Assembly (NCBI RefSeq): GCF_001194135.2
Contig: NC_068993.1
Coordinates: 18,170,817 to 18,233,210, forward strand
From: Octopus bimaculoides
Taxonomy: Eukaryota
Direction: 5' to 3'
Length of the DNA stretch: 62,394 bases
Position 1 is the first letter of the stretch. Each line of letters starts with the position of its first letter. Shown here in pieces: positions 21,750 to 35,010 of the stretch. The notes under the pieces are model-generated. The model did not search any database, was not told the origin of the DNA, and saw nothing but the letters and a program-made list of their open reading frames with translations. Position numbers and translations under genes: made by a program.

Positions 21750-22150
21750 ATCATTCACTTTTGAGAACTTTTACATAAGCAGTATTTAATTCTCTCTTTC
21801 TGGCATGACTCTCTCAGGTATGGACACAGTTGTCCACACCTAAGTGCTCCATCAATTTGGACCAGAAGATTTTTGCTTGACCATTCCATTGCAGTTTCTG
21901 CTGGCAGGGTTCTCTCCAGCCCATATTTAATATTCAGTCATGTCTCCCACATTCTTTGTTTATATTAATGATCTTAAATACCTTTACTTCAGAAAATAAA
22001 ATCTTACATTGGTGTTATGATTTCACCCATCACTAGTTAACTTTCATCACAACATGGACATTATATACATGCAGTTTAGATTCAAAGCACAGGCATTTGC
22101 TGGGGTACATAAGCATTGCAACCATTTGGGTGTATCCCACTATATACAGC
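21750..22150 (+). mobile_element. Highly decayed CR1/L2-type RT fragment
   Basis: WTRRFLLDHSIAVSAGRVLSS and FFVYINDL match RT segments preceding the YADD box. Confidence 0.45.
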
Positions 22151-22475
22151 CTTGAGTATCTCCTACTGTAGTCCCAAGCTGACCAAATCCTTGTGAGTGG
22201 AGTTTGTAGACAGACTAAAAACAAAGCCAACTGTGTGTGTGTGTGTGTGTGTGTCTGTTTATTGTCTTGTCTTGATTTTGTTTGATAGTTGAAAATGAGT
22301 GTCACTCTCAGATATGCTGTGCATCTCATTTCCAATATTTTGCCAAAACACATCTAGCCATAGGAAAATGTTACCTGTTGGTAATAGGAAGAGCATTTGC
22401 TTGTATAAAATCTGCCTTAATGAAAACTCTGTCCAACCAATTCAATCATGGGAAAGTGCACGTTAAAACACTGCT

Positions 22476-22509
<34 letters not shown>

Positions 22510-22646
22510 NNNNNNNNNNGGCTTCCTAGGGCTAAACAGCAGTAGTATATTCCCTTATTGGGACTGTCACGTTAAGTTGGCAGTATACAACTACTTTATC
22601 GCGTCACTATTGCTTAAGTCTCACTGAGAGATTTAGAAATTCGTTA

Positions 22647-22694
<48 letters not shown>

Positions 22695-23060
22695 TAGAGA
22701 GCTTGGTAGTCTTCAGATTTGTCAGTTCTTGTCAAACCATCCAACCCATGCTGGCATGGAAGGAGGGTGTTCAGTAATGGTGATAATTGTGGATGTGCAT
22801 AAACATAGATATTTTGCTGATTACTGTGTGAGTGTTAATGTTGACAATTGTTGATATTAGGACCAGTTGCTCTGCACTTTCAAAGATCTGTGTAATATAA
22901 AAATCCTTTACCTGAAAAACAAGTGAGGATTGACTAAAAGAAGAGTGTCTAGCTGTAAAATCCTTCAGAATCTTGCTGTAAAATTGCCTAAGTATCAATT
23001 CCTATGCAAGCCATGCTAGCTTGGAAACAAAAGAGATAATAAGCACATAAATGAATGAAA

Positions 23061-23317
23061 GTGGAAGCACGTGGCTTAGTGGTTAGGGTATCAGCACCAT
23101 GATCGTAAGATTGTGGTTTCGATTCCTGGACTGGGCGATGCGTTGTGTTCTTGAGCAAAACACTTCATTTCACGTTGCTCCAGTCCACTCAGCTGGCAAA
23201 AACGAGTAACGCTGCGATGGACTGGCGTCCCGTCCAGCGGGGGAACACATATGCCATTGAAACCGGGGAACCGGGCCCATGAGCCTGGCTAGGCGTTAAA
23301 AGGGCGCAAAAAAAAAA
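23061..23317 (+). mobile_element. Young tRNA-derived SINE with Meta- and V-like domains
   Basis: 12-bp TSD aaatgaatgaaa (23049-60 / 23318-29), A-rich tail, CpGs intact; gttgtgttcttgagcaaaacactt (Meta-like) and gcgatggactggcgtcccgtccag (V-like). Confidence 0.85.
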
Positions 23318-24142
23318 AAATGAATGAAATAGACATCTCAAACTAGCGCTGCAATGCTTCCATCACTCTAGCATCTAAGCTGGTCATATTCAGCCCAAAT
23401 GCTCTGCCTGTTTTATGTTCAGACTGGGCAGATCTGACCTCTCACACCTACTCTATAATGTCCTTCTAAAAATATCGTTGAAATGTTGAAGCTGCAAGAT
23501 GATACATGATTAATTGAAAACAATGCGAATACATAAGTATTACATTTGACATAGTAAACTGAATGTTAAACGGTTAAACAATGAAAATAGCATCCAATGG
23601 TGACATGCTGACCTAGTTTCATTCAATGCAAGACACAATTCCTTCTCATAAAGAAGACTACTTGTGTTACCCTTCCTCCATGCACGAACAACACACATCT
23701 AAGTCGCAGAGTTATTATAAATGTTAGCCAAGTCTGATAACCTAAGATGACCCCTGCCTCCCACATGCGTAACATTGCTACTGAAACTGCTTCTTAAAGA
23801 TTAACTTTCCCATTCATCTCGTCTGGCCAGGAAGTACTTCATTTCTGATCCCTTGCTGGCTTGGGCGAATCTAAAGTGTGATTTACTTGAGATGGCGTCT
23901 CACATATCTCTGCTGTACACACATTTTGAGAGATTTGCCACCTGGTAAAAACTCATTTAATACAGGGATTTGCAGTTTCTTTTGATTTTTATTCCCCTTT
24001 CAAATTTGTCCGACGCCCATGTATATCCTATTTTACTTACAAAAATATTCCCATGTACCTTACTTCCATTTCCATCACTGGTAATGCTTGACAGAAAAGC
24101 CCTTAACTGCTCAATCACTCACAAATACTCTGTATTCAACTA

Positions 24143-24358
24143 GGTTGTCTACTCCTTACAAAGCGTTTGACCACCTCCTGCACCTACACCTTAGCCCTTT
24201 CATGGCGTCTGATGTGGCTTTTTAAACCAGACAGTGTTTTGAAAAAAACACTCACACAGATTGCACCTCTGATTTGCACTACCGATACCTGCAAGTAAGT
24301 TCTGCTCATTGTGGATCCTAACATGTCTTTTAAGACCCCCATTGGATTTGCAAACCCT
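24143..24358 (-). mobile_element. 3' end of a C2H2-finger retroelement, copy C (in Elovl4 intron 1, antisense)
   Basis: Near-identical to copies A and B by eye; not flanked by (TA)n. Confidence 0.8.
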
Positions 24359-24489
24359 ACTAATAATCCTGCTGCTTAACTACCAAGTCTGTGTTAAATG
24401 TTGCTGTCATGTTGTTTGTGACTAGCTTAAACTTAGTTATCCCATTGCATAGCTTGACTATTTCAATTACAGAATACTGTAAACAGGTC

Positions 24490-24521
<32 letters not shown>

Positions 24522-24690
24522 GCTAAAAGCATCCAGTCCACACTGTAAAGTGGTTGGTATTTGGAAGGGCATCCAGCTGTAAAAGCCATGCCAAAACAGA
24601 CAGAAGTCTGGTGCATTCTCCTGTCAAACCATTCAACCCATGCCAGCATGGAGGGTGGATGTTAAATGATGATGATATGTATGTATGTAT

Positions 24691-24721
<31 letters not shown>

Positions 24722-25699
24722 TATACACTTTACCTAGGCATGGCTTTTGAATTTAAGAAGTTTGTTCCATGACTACATGGCTTTTGGTTTAATCCTGCTG
24801 AGTGGCATCATGAGCAAGTATCTTCTACTCTAGCTTTATGTTCGTCAATGCTTAACGAATGCTGTTAAATAAATAAAACTGTGCAGAGGCCTGTCGTGTG
24901 TGTGTGTGTGTGTTTCATTGATATAGCACTAGTTGAATAATTGGTGTTGTGTCAAAAGAAACTAAATTACTTGATAAAATATAACTCAAGATAAGCACCA
25001 GGCTGAATTAGGTACTGGGGTTGATATAACTGACTAAAATACTTTGAAGTTAGTGCTCCAACATGGCCACAGTCAGTGATTAAAACTAGGAAAAGAGCAT
25101 CATTATCATCATGATCATTCGTGTTTTACAGGCTTTTATACAGATCCTTATTACAGTGTCACCACTTTCCCTTAATTGAGTGTTATCTATAGTATGCACA
25201 TCCGTAGTGCAACTTGCTTCCCCCACTCACCTCCATTTTGTTATCTTGTGTGCAGGTCTGTAACATAGCATGTCTACCCCATCCTCCACAATCCTGTGTT
25301 ATCTTGTTCGTGAAGACACATATCCTTAAATATAACCCTAAGTCTTGATTTTCCTTCGCCCTGTTAATGTGTCACAGTCTTTCTCACGACACTCCATCAT
25401 CTTTTCTTATCACATTTATAAGTGCTCTCCTCCTGTGCACTTTGATCAAGGACTAATCACTTTTTACTTTTACCTTTTACACTATAACACATCCAACAGG
25501 TTCTGCTTGTTTCTTTCCAGCCTTTGATAATACTCTTCATTTAATACTCATGGCTGTGCATTACAACCACATGGTTTCCAGTTCAGTCCCACTGTGTGGC
25601 ATCTTTAGCATGTGTGTTCTACAAAACCTCCAGGTCAACTAAAGGCCTTATGAGTGGATTTGTTAGATGGTAACTAAAATAAACCTGTCCTATGTATAG

Positions 25700-25856
25700 C
25701 ACAGGAGTGGCTGTGTGATAACAAGCTTGCTTCCCAGCCACATAGTTCCAAGTTCAGTCCCATTATGTGGCACCTCAGACAAGTGTCTTCTACTATAGCC
25801 TCAGGCCAACCAAAGCATTGTGAGTGGATTTGATAGATGGAAACTGAAAGAAGTTC

Positions 25857-25912
<56 letters not shown>

Positions 25913-26550
25913 NNNNNNNNNNNNNNNNNNNNNNNNNNNNNNNNNNNNNNNNNNNNNNNNNNNNNNNNNNNNNNNNNNNNNNNNNNNNNNNNNNNNNNNN
26001 NNNNNNNNNNNNNNNNNNNNNNNNNNNNNNNNNNNNNNNNNNNNNNNNNNNNNNNNNNNNNNNNNNNNNNNNNNNNNNNNNNNNNNNNNNNNNNNNNNNN
26101 NNNNNNNNNNNNNNNNNNNNNNNNNNNNNNNNNNNNNNNNNNNNNNNNNNNNNNNNNNNNNNNNNNNNNNNNNNNNNNNNNNNNNNNNNNNNNNNNNNNN
26201 NNNNNNNNNNNNNNNNNNNNNNNNNNNNNNNNNNNNNNNNNNNNNNNNNNNNNNNNNNNNNNNNNNNNNNNNNNNNNNNNNNNNNNNNNNNNNNNNNNNN
26301 NNNNNNNNNNNNNNNNNNNNNNNNNNNNNNNNNNNNNNNNNNNNNNNNNNNNNNNNNNNNNNNNNNNNNNCTGGTGTTGGTGTGTTTATGTCCCTGTAAC
26401 TTAGCAATTTGGCAAAGACCAGTAGAATAAGTAGCAGGTTTGAAAAAAAAAAGGAAAAAAATAAGTACTGGGGTTGATTCAACTAAACGTTCTTCAAGGT
26501 GGTGCCCCAGCATGGCCATAGCCTATGGATTGAAACAAGTAAAAGATAAA
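25700..26550 (+). mobile_element. CORE-type SINE with an expanded (TA)n/gap centre
   Basis: Head ggagtggctgtgtg, CORE-like segment and tail ...cagcatggccatagcc...gaaacaagtaaaaga. Confidence 0.75.
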
Positions 26551-27328
26551 AGTATGTATGCAAAAAGGTGCTGAAAAATTTTTGGCTTTAGGTAACAGAA
26601 AATACAGGAGGATCAGTTAATTATGATTTTATTCAATGTATTCTCCCTCTCAGATTCACACACTTATTGCAGTGGTCCTTCAGTTTTTCTAAGCCCTGTA
26701 AAAGAACTGAGAAGGTTACACCTCCAACAAGGCATTCTGTGATACCCTTAAAACCACGAACTTTTCATATATGTGTGTGTATCAGTGTGTGTCTCCTTGT
26801 CTTGACATCATGCATGTCACCATCATACAAGCATCCTTTCTTTCCAATCTTCTGTTAAACAAGTGTGGAAGCGTGACAATTGAGAAATGTTACCATGCTT
26901 GGAAATAGATGAGGATTGGCAACAAGAAGGGTATCTGATCATTGTAAATTTGTCCCAACAAATTCTGTCTGATCCATGCAAGCACAGAAGAGTGGACATA
27001 TAGATATTGATGACTGATATATATCCGTGAGCATTCTTGTTACACAAGCTATGTACTGTGTACATAATGACAGAAGCTGTCTTGCTGATAAATTTATTTA
27101 TTTATATTGTGAACATACATTTTAGAGCTCTGGCTTCTTTGGTTTGTAGCAGGTTAGTTACTGGAACATTGCATTTCTCACAGCAGGAATGGCAAAGAAG
27201 TGTATTTAACTCAATTTAGAACAAATATCTCAAAGGACTTTTTTGTTCTTATGTTTGTATTTTCTTTGATATATCATATGCCAGGATCCATCAGTGAAAG
27301 ATACACTTCTCTCTCTCTTTCTTTCTCT

Positions 27329-27366
<38 letters not shown>

Positions 27367-27984
27367 CTAGCATATATCACACAAACAAAGGAAAAGGTTT
27401 CCAGTATTTGAAGTGAATTATTATAATAATAATAATAACAGTTGAACTGGATTTTTCACAGTTGTGTACAATGAGTTTTGTGCAGCCTTCAGTGTAGAAA
27501 ACCGAATTCCAAATTTTACTGTTGTTGTGTGTGTGACACACAGACACACTATTATTGTCTCATGTTTGTTTCTATGCTGGTATAAGTTGGACAGCTAGCA
27601 CTAGACCAGTTGAGGGACCTCATCTTGCTTGCATTTCACACGTATACAAGCACAGCTTTGTTTCCATGTCGAACTTCACTCACAAGTTATTGGTCATGCT
27701 GATTTTATGATAGAAGGCACTTATCCAATGTACCATGAAGTGAAATTGAACCTGGAATTCCGTGGTTGTGGAAGGAATTTTTTAATCTCTCAGCCAAACT
27801 TTTTCTTACTCTTGCTTCTTTTCTCTCCCTACAACCAACTTCAACATTAATAATGTCATCTAAGCCACTTAAACTACCTTGTGTTTTCATTTAGTAGTGT
27901 TCACAACAAGGGAACCTCTTTGCAGTTCCTTGGCCTGTTAAACACAGCAGCCAAGTTTCCCTCAGATTACATTTTTTTTAAAAA

Positions 27985-28330
27985 AGGTATACATTTGTCG
28001 CCTTTCTGGCACTTGTGCCCGTGACATGTGTAAGGATTTTCGAGCGAGATCGTTGCCAGTGCCCCTGGACTGGCTCTTGTGCGGGTGGCACATAAAATGC
28101 ACCATTTTGAGCGTGGTCGTTGCCAGTACCGCCTGACTGGCCTTCGTGCGGGTGACACGTAAAAGCACCCACTACACTCTCTGAGTGGTTGGCGTTAGGA
28201 AGGGCATCCAGCTGCAGAAACTCTGCCAAATCAGATTGGAGCCTGGTGTAGCCATCTGGTTTCACCAGTCCTCAGTCAAATCATCCAACCCATGCTAGCA
28301 TGGAAAGCGGACGTTAAACGATGATGATGA
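27985..28330 (+). mobile_element. RTE LINE 3' UTR tail
   Basis: gatcgttgccagtgcccctggactggc... matches the UTR at 12297 onward; ends gttaaacgatgatgatga. Similar copies at about 31595-32035(+), 36250-36508(+), 41103-41720(-) and 60664-60912(-). Confidence 0.85.
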
Positions 28331-30388
28331 ATGTAATTTTAAACACTTGTGAAAGAACAGGATGGTTATCATCATTGGAATGCCTTTTATTTTTGGTCTG
28401 TTCAATCAAGACTGGTTTGGGGTTGAGTAATGACCCAACTCCTGGTCATCTAGCACATTTAAAGTCCTGGTTCTCGGTTAGTTTGTCATACCTCCCACAA
28501 TGTTTTTTTAGTTTTGTCTACTCATTGCTTGCACTTAGCACACAACATCAGTTCCCTAACTTCTCCTTTCCTAAATATCATGTAAAACAGCTTTCTTTGT
28601 GGCACTGCGATTCTATACTCTTTGTTTGGTATTTTCTAAGTGACTTACAAATTTTTCAGACAACAGGTTGAAACTTGGTGGTCTCCTCATTTCCCCACTC
28701 TTTCAGCTTGGATTCTTATTGAGCATGATTAATTAAAAGAAAAATTATGAAAAATAGATATCAGAAAGATAAGACGATCAATAAAAGATCAAATTAACCT
28801 GGTCAGAACTGGTACAGTAGACCTGCAGGGCTTGTGATACAGGGGTAGTTAATCACAAAATGATTTGAGATTATTCACAAGCTAGGCGTCTGGATATATC
28901 ATGCCATATTTTAGTTTAAGATTTTATTTTCTGTTTTGTAGTTAAGAAGGCTGCTTTTCAACCACATGGTTTCAGGTTCAGTCCTACTGTATGGTACCTT
29001 GGATAAGTGTCTTCTACAATAGCCCCTGATCAACCAAGGCCTTGTTAGTAGATTTGGTTGATGGAAAGTGAAAGATGGTCGTGTGTGTGTGTGTGTGTGT
29101 GTCTCTTTGTCTTGACATAGTGTGATAGATGTAAAACTGTATCACTATGCAAATGGTGTTGTTTGTTTCCAATCTTCTATGAAGTGTCTGGCCACTGGGA
29201 AATATCACCTTGCTTGGAAATGAATGAGGGTTGGCAAAATCCATTTGACCCATGCAAGCATGGAAAGGCATTAAAGTGAACATGATAATGCTTAGTGAAG
29301 AGGAAAACCAGTGCTTTTGACCCTTTTCAGGTCCTTCATTGTTGAATGAAAGAAGGTATCATCTAACAACTCTGTTGAGCCAACAAAAAATCCCCAGTGT
29401 GGTTGTTTGGCTTGCTAGAAATAGCACCCAAATCTCCCTCTCGCACAAATCACAGTTGATAATTTATAAAAGAAAATAAAAATACTTTAGATATGCAGTC
29501 TTAAAGAACAAGTGAGATAGTCATGTTTGGAACGTCTTTTAACTTAGACCTGCTTGTTATTGCTGACCTGGGGCCAATCAATAACAACTTAATCTTGTGT
29601 GTTGAACCAAAAGAGCTTGCACATGGTTGTCATTGAGTTGCTTGATAATGTTGAGATGGTCACTGCTGGGATGTCTTTGATCTTAGTCATACTTGACCTC
29701 GAGCTAAACAGCTACCTCGTGCATGTGTGTGTGTGTGTGTACAATAATTTGTTGCTAATGATATATGAGTAAAAAAAAAAATAAATGAAAGATGTACTGG
29801 TATGTCACTTCAGTTTAGTATTTGCCTAGCTATTGTATTCATGTCAGCTTAACACACTTAAATTAGGCACGAGTTCAGGATTAAGGGTTGCAGGGCTCCC
29901 CTACCTTAAAGGAGGATTAAAAAGTTTTTGTTAATACTTTCTTTAGATAGTTGTGAGATGAACTCTATCAATGCAGTAGTAAGATAGGATAATTACAATT
30001 GAGTCATCATCATCATCATCATTTAGTGTCCATTTTCCATGCTGGCATGGGTTGAACAGTTTGACAGGAGCTGGCAAGCCAGAAGACTGCACCAGATTTC
30101 AGTCTGTTTCGGCATGGCTTTTACAACTGGATTCCCTTCCTAATGCCAATATCTAGTGTCCACGTCCAAATAAAATTTGTACTCTAACCTTATGTAAGAG
30201 TGCTGAGACTAGTACAAAGAAACAGAAAGAAGAAAAAAAACCATGGCTTTAGGAGATCTTGTTTAAATGCTTGCAGCAGTGAGAGCCCCACTAAAGGCAA
30301 CTAAAATAGTTGGATGATTTAATCTAGCCGACTGATTTTGTAATCTACCTAAGAAGAAATTCATGCAACAATCTTCTGCATAGATTGT

Positions 30389-30615
30389 TTAACTTTTTAG
30401 CATTCAGATTAACCTGTCAAATATAAAGCTTATTTATTCTCATTGTTTTGAATTAATCATACATTATCTTGTAGCTTTGAGATTTCGATGATGCATTTGT
30501 TTACTTTTAGAATGACATTGCAGGATAGTTGTGAGAGGCCTGATCCAGTCAGTTTGAACATAAACAGGTGGAATATTTGGGTCTGATATGGGTGGTTTGA
30601 ATGATAAAGGGTTAA
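30389..30615 (+). mobile_element. About 225-bp TTAA-flanked MITE (piggyBac-like termini), family A
   Basis: ttaa-ctttttagcatt ... aatgataaaggg-ttaa. Copies at about 23367-23577(-), 35046-35264(-), 36718-36936, 40387-40612, 57318-57545 and 61076-61308. Confidence 0.7.
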
Positions 30616-31110
30616 CCAATTTAATTTACAAATTTTGGTTAGACTTGAGGGCAATGGTAGAAAATACTTGCTCAAAGTGCCATGCGTTGAGGGTCTCAGG
30701 CCTAGAACTATGTAAAGAAACTTGTGAACCAAATAGCCATACCCTTTGGTTTATAATGGATGTACAATAAAATGGCAAATGTTGGCATATAAACAAATTA
30801 AAATAAAGCATCTAAAAAAATCCACTTTCTTTGCTGCTTGTGTTTCTAATCAAAAATTGTAATCTTTATTAATGATGTAGCTTGAAGCAAATTCAGTTAT
30901 AAAAATGCTTCCTATCAGATTGAAGCCTGGTGTAGCCATCTGGTTCACCAGTCCTCAGTCAAATCGTCCAACCCATGCTAGCATGGAAAGCGGACGTTAA
31001 ACGACGACGATGATGATGTTTCAGGTCATATACGAATATTTATCTTTATGTATTCGACTGAATCTCTGAAGGGTTTTGTGTATATACGTACATGTATACA
31101 TATATATATA

Positions 31111-31172
<62 letters not shown>

Positions 31173-32549
31173 CATACACACACACATCTGTGACAAACCT
31201 CTTCCCAATATCCCCATCTTCCCCACCCATACTCACCATTGGCTATATTCTCTTCCATCTCCTTATCTCCATTGTTGAATCTCTGTCTCTCAACAGATCT
31301 CCTTAGTAACTGCCACCCATTCCTTAGCTACACAACTATGTTTGAACTTGTAGGTGTTTCTTATCTTTTACCTTTTACTTGTTTCAGTTATTGGACTGTG
31401 GCCATGCTGGGGCACTGTCTTGATGAATTTAGTCAAGCAAATCGATCCCAGTATTTATTTTCCTTAATTCTGGTATTTAATCATGCTCGTTTGCTGAACT
31501 GCTAAGTTATGGGGACATCAAAAAATCAACACCAGTTGTCAAGCGGTGGTGGGGGACAAACAGAGACACAAAGACACATACACGCATATATATAACCAAG
31601 ACCTTTGGAGATATGCTGTGATTGAGAAGACCCCTCCAGCAAGTAAAGTGAGATCACAGCCATAGCCTATACTAGTGTCACATAACCAGGCCATTTAAAA
31701 GTACCTTTGAATCATCGGGCGATACACTGCACTTGGAAATTGTAGTTGTGGCCAATGCCAGTGCTGCCAAACTGGCTCCCTGTGCTGGTGGCACATAAAA
31801 AGCACCATCTGAACGTGGTTGATGCTAGTCCCCACCCTGACTGGCTTCTGTGCTGGTAGCACATAAAAAGCACCCGCTACACTCTTGGAGTGGTTGGCAT
31901 TAGGAAGGGAATTCAGCTGTAGAAACCTTGCCAGCTCAGATTGGAGCCTGGTGCATCATACTGGCTTGCCAGTCCCCAGTCAAACCGTCCAACCATGCCA
32001 GCATGGAAAACGGACGTTAAATGATGATGATGATAATGTTTCTTTTAGTTTCTGTTTATCAAATCCACTCACAAGGCTTTGGTCAGTCTGAGACTATGAT
32101 AGAAGACAGTTGCCCAGAGAGCTACACGGTGGGTCTGAACCCAGAACCATGTGGTTAAGAAGCAAATCCTTTATCACACACCCATGCCTGTACCTTGTCA
32201 GATATTTTTCTCATTCAATTCACGCTAAGCATTATCCTTCTCTTGGGTCTTACTCAAAGCCATTATTCAACTGACATTGTTTTAAAAGATAATTCAATAC
32301 TTTTACTGGATTTTCACTGATTTTTTTTAGAGATTCAGTTGTCATTTAATTTTTCATCTGTAACTAAAGATTCTTTAAACTCCCAGATATTGAATATTTC
32401 ATATTGGTGCTGGTTAAATGGTGAGACTATGGTACAACAAAGTTTCAGATGAACTTTGACTGCAACATCTGAAAGTACTTAACCATTCTTATGTTGCTGT
32501 AGTACTTAGCAAAGGTTCAAATATCAAATTTTCTTGTTTGAGTTTCTCT

Positions 32550-32777
32550 TTAACCCTTTCGTTACTGTATTTCTGTTCAGATGTTATGTGTTTCTTTCAA
32601 TTACTTTGAATATAACAAAGAATTTAGTAAAATAACTTAGTTATCATTCATCCAGAGTTAGGAACATAAATTGTGACTCAGGTTTGGTGAAAGATTTTAA
32701 CTCTAAACTTATGGAAACAAGACATTTGTAATCACAGCCAGAGCCAGTTTCAGCCGGATTGGTAACGAAAAGGTTAA
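32550..32777. mobile_element. TTAA-flanked MITE, family B
   Basis: TIRs ttaa-ccctttcgttac / gtaacgaaaagg-ttaa. Confidence 0.75.
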
Positions 32778-34542
32778 AGGAAGAAAAAATAACAAAACAG
32801 GAAACACTACAATAGTGACTGCCAGGTGACATAATTAATAATGGAGTAAGATGTTCTGGAAGCATAATTCATTAGAGTAAGAACCTTCATCATTATTTTG
32901 AGTCCATGTCCCATGCTGGTATGGGTTGAATGTTTTGACAGGATCTGATGGGGGCCAAGGACTGCATTGTGTTCCAGTGACTGCTCTACTTCAGCATGGT
33001 TTCTATGGTTGAATCCTTTCCTTTTTGTGTCACCAGCACTAATTGAGGTCGTCATGCAGCTTGTAAGATTAAAGATTGACATTCTGTCAGTTATGATGAT
33101 TAGGGTTCCGGTTGATCCAATCAGTGGAACAGCCTGCTCATGAAATTACTATGCAAGTGGCTGAGCACTCCACAGACACGTACCTTTAACACAGTTCTGA
33201 AGGAGAATCAGCTTGACACAGAATGTGACAAGGCTGACTCTTTCAAATATAGGTACAACTCCATCTTGCCAGCTGATTCAACTGGAGCAGCATGAAATAA
33301 AGTGTCTTGCTCAAAGACACAATGTGTTGCCGGGAATTGAACTCGCAACCTTACAGTTGTGAGCCAAATACCCTAACCACTAAGCCATGTGTCTTTGTGG
33401 GAGGGGGAACTTCATACTAGGAGAATAAGGTAAAGTTACCCTCCCCGAGTCATGCCAACTTATAAGGGGCTGGTTTCCATGGCTTATACATTCCCCACCT
33501 GGACAGGGTGCTGTTCCATTGCCGGATTATCCACTTTTGTCAGCTGAGTAAACTAGAGCAACGTGAAATGAAGTGTTTTGCTGAAGAACACAATGCATCA
33601 AAACCAGGAATCGAAACCACAATCTTACAGTCATGAGTCCAACACCAGGAGAATAAAGGGTAGAAAGGGGTAAAGTATAAGAGTAAGGGCCAAATTAGAA
33701 CAGGTTTCTTGTTGAGGAGAGCTACATGTCTATTCATGTTTTAGAAGAGGTGGTGGTAGAGCTGAATATCAGTGACAAGGTGTGAGTGGACCTTCATGGC
33801 ACAAAGTTAGAAATGAGTGGGGCAGGGGTACCAGAAGTGAGTGGGAGGTGTTGAGGATGTTTGGTGTGGGGGCAGCAAAGCATAGGGAGTTATTACCTGT
33901 AACTGGTAATAAAAGGATTCTCTTTTCCAAAGGAAGGATTTTATGATGCTTGTGTACACAGTATGATGTTGCATGATGATGGAGGAAGGGGGGGGGGGNN
34001 NNNNNNNNNNNNNNNNNNNNNNNNNNNNNNNNNNNNNNNNNNNNNNNNNNNNNNNNNNNNNNNNNNNNNNNNNNNNNNNNNNNNNNNNNNNNNNNNNNNN
34101 NNNNNNNNNNNNNNNNNNNNNNNNNNNNNNNNNNNNNNNNNNNNNNNNNNNNNNNNNNNNNNNNNNNNNNNNNNNNNNNNNNNNNNNNNNNNNNNNNNNN
34201 NNNNNNNNNNNNNNNNNNNNNNNNNNNNNNNNNNNNNNNNNNNNNNNNNNNNNNNNNNNNNNNNNNNNNNNNNNNNNNNNNNNNNNNNNNNNNNNNNNNN
34301 NNNNNNNNNNNNNNNNNNNNNNNNNNNNNNNNNNNNNNNNNNNNNNNNNNNNNNNNNNNNNNNNNNNNNNNNNNNNNNNNNNNNNNNNNNNNNNNNNNNN
34401 NNNNNNNNNNNNNNNNNNNNNNNNNNNNNNNNNNNNNNNNNNNNNNNNNNNNNNNNNNNNNNNNNNNNNNNNNNNNNNNNNNNNNNNNNNNNNNNNNNNN
34501 NNNNNNNNNNNNNNNNNNNNNNNNNNNNNNNNNNNNNNNNNN

Positions 34543-34588
<46 letters not shown>

Positions 34589-34829
34589 TATGGGTGTTTG
34601 GAAGGGCATCCAGCCATAAAAACCCTGCTAAAACAGATGGTGAAGTCTGGTGCAGTCTTCTACATAGCCAGCTCCTATCAAGCCGTCCAGCTCATGCCAG
34701 CATGGGAAATGGATATTAAATGATGATGATATGATGGGCATCTTTCAGTTTCCATGTATCAAATCCATGTATAACAGCTTTGCTTGGCCTGAGGCCATAG
34801 TAGAAGACAACTTGTCCAAGTTGCTACAC

Positions 34830-35010
34830 AGTGGGTCGGACTGGAGTCGCCGGAAGGCTTGGAGAATGGTGCGTTGGAGGGGTGGTAGGTGAGAGGAGAC
34901 AGGTGATGGCGGGGTGGGTGCAGGACGAGAGATCAGAAGCACGGTTCATGGAACGTGCTCCGGCAAGGGCGGTGTGGATAGTGGTGTCTTTCCCAGAACT
35001 ATCCACATGT
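34830..35010 (-). mobile_element. Penelope-like element ORF fragment (post-RT linker)
   Basis: IHTALAGARSMNRAS, PLTYHPSN and ILQAFRRLQSDP in shifted frames; GC-rich relative to the flanks. Confidence 0.6.

Noticed and set aside
23061-23140. tRNA-like A/B boxes here and at other SINE heads
   Set aside because: No complete cloverleaf or terminator, and each continues into a SINE body; not tRNA genes.
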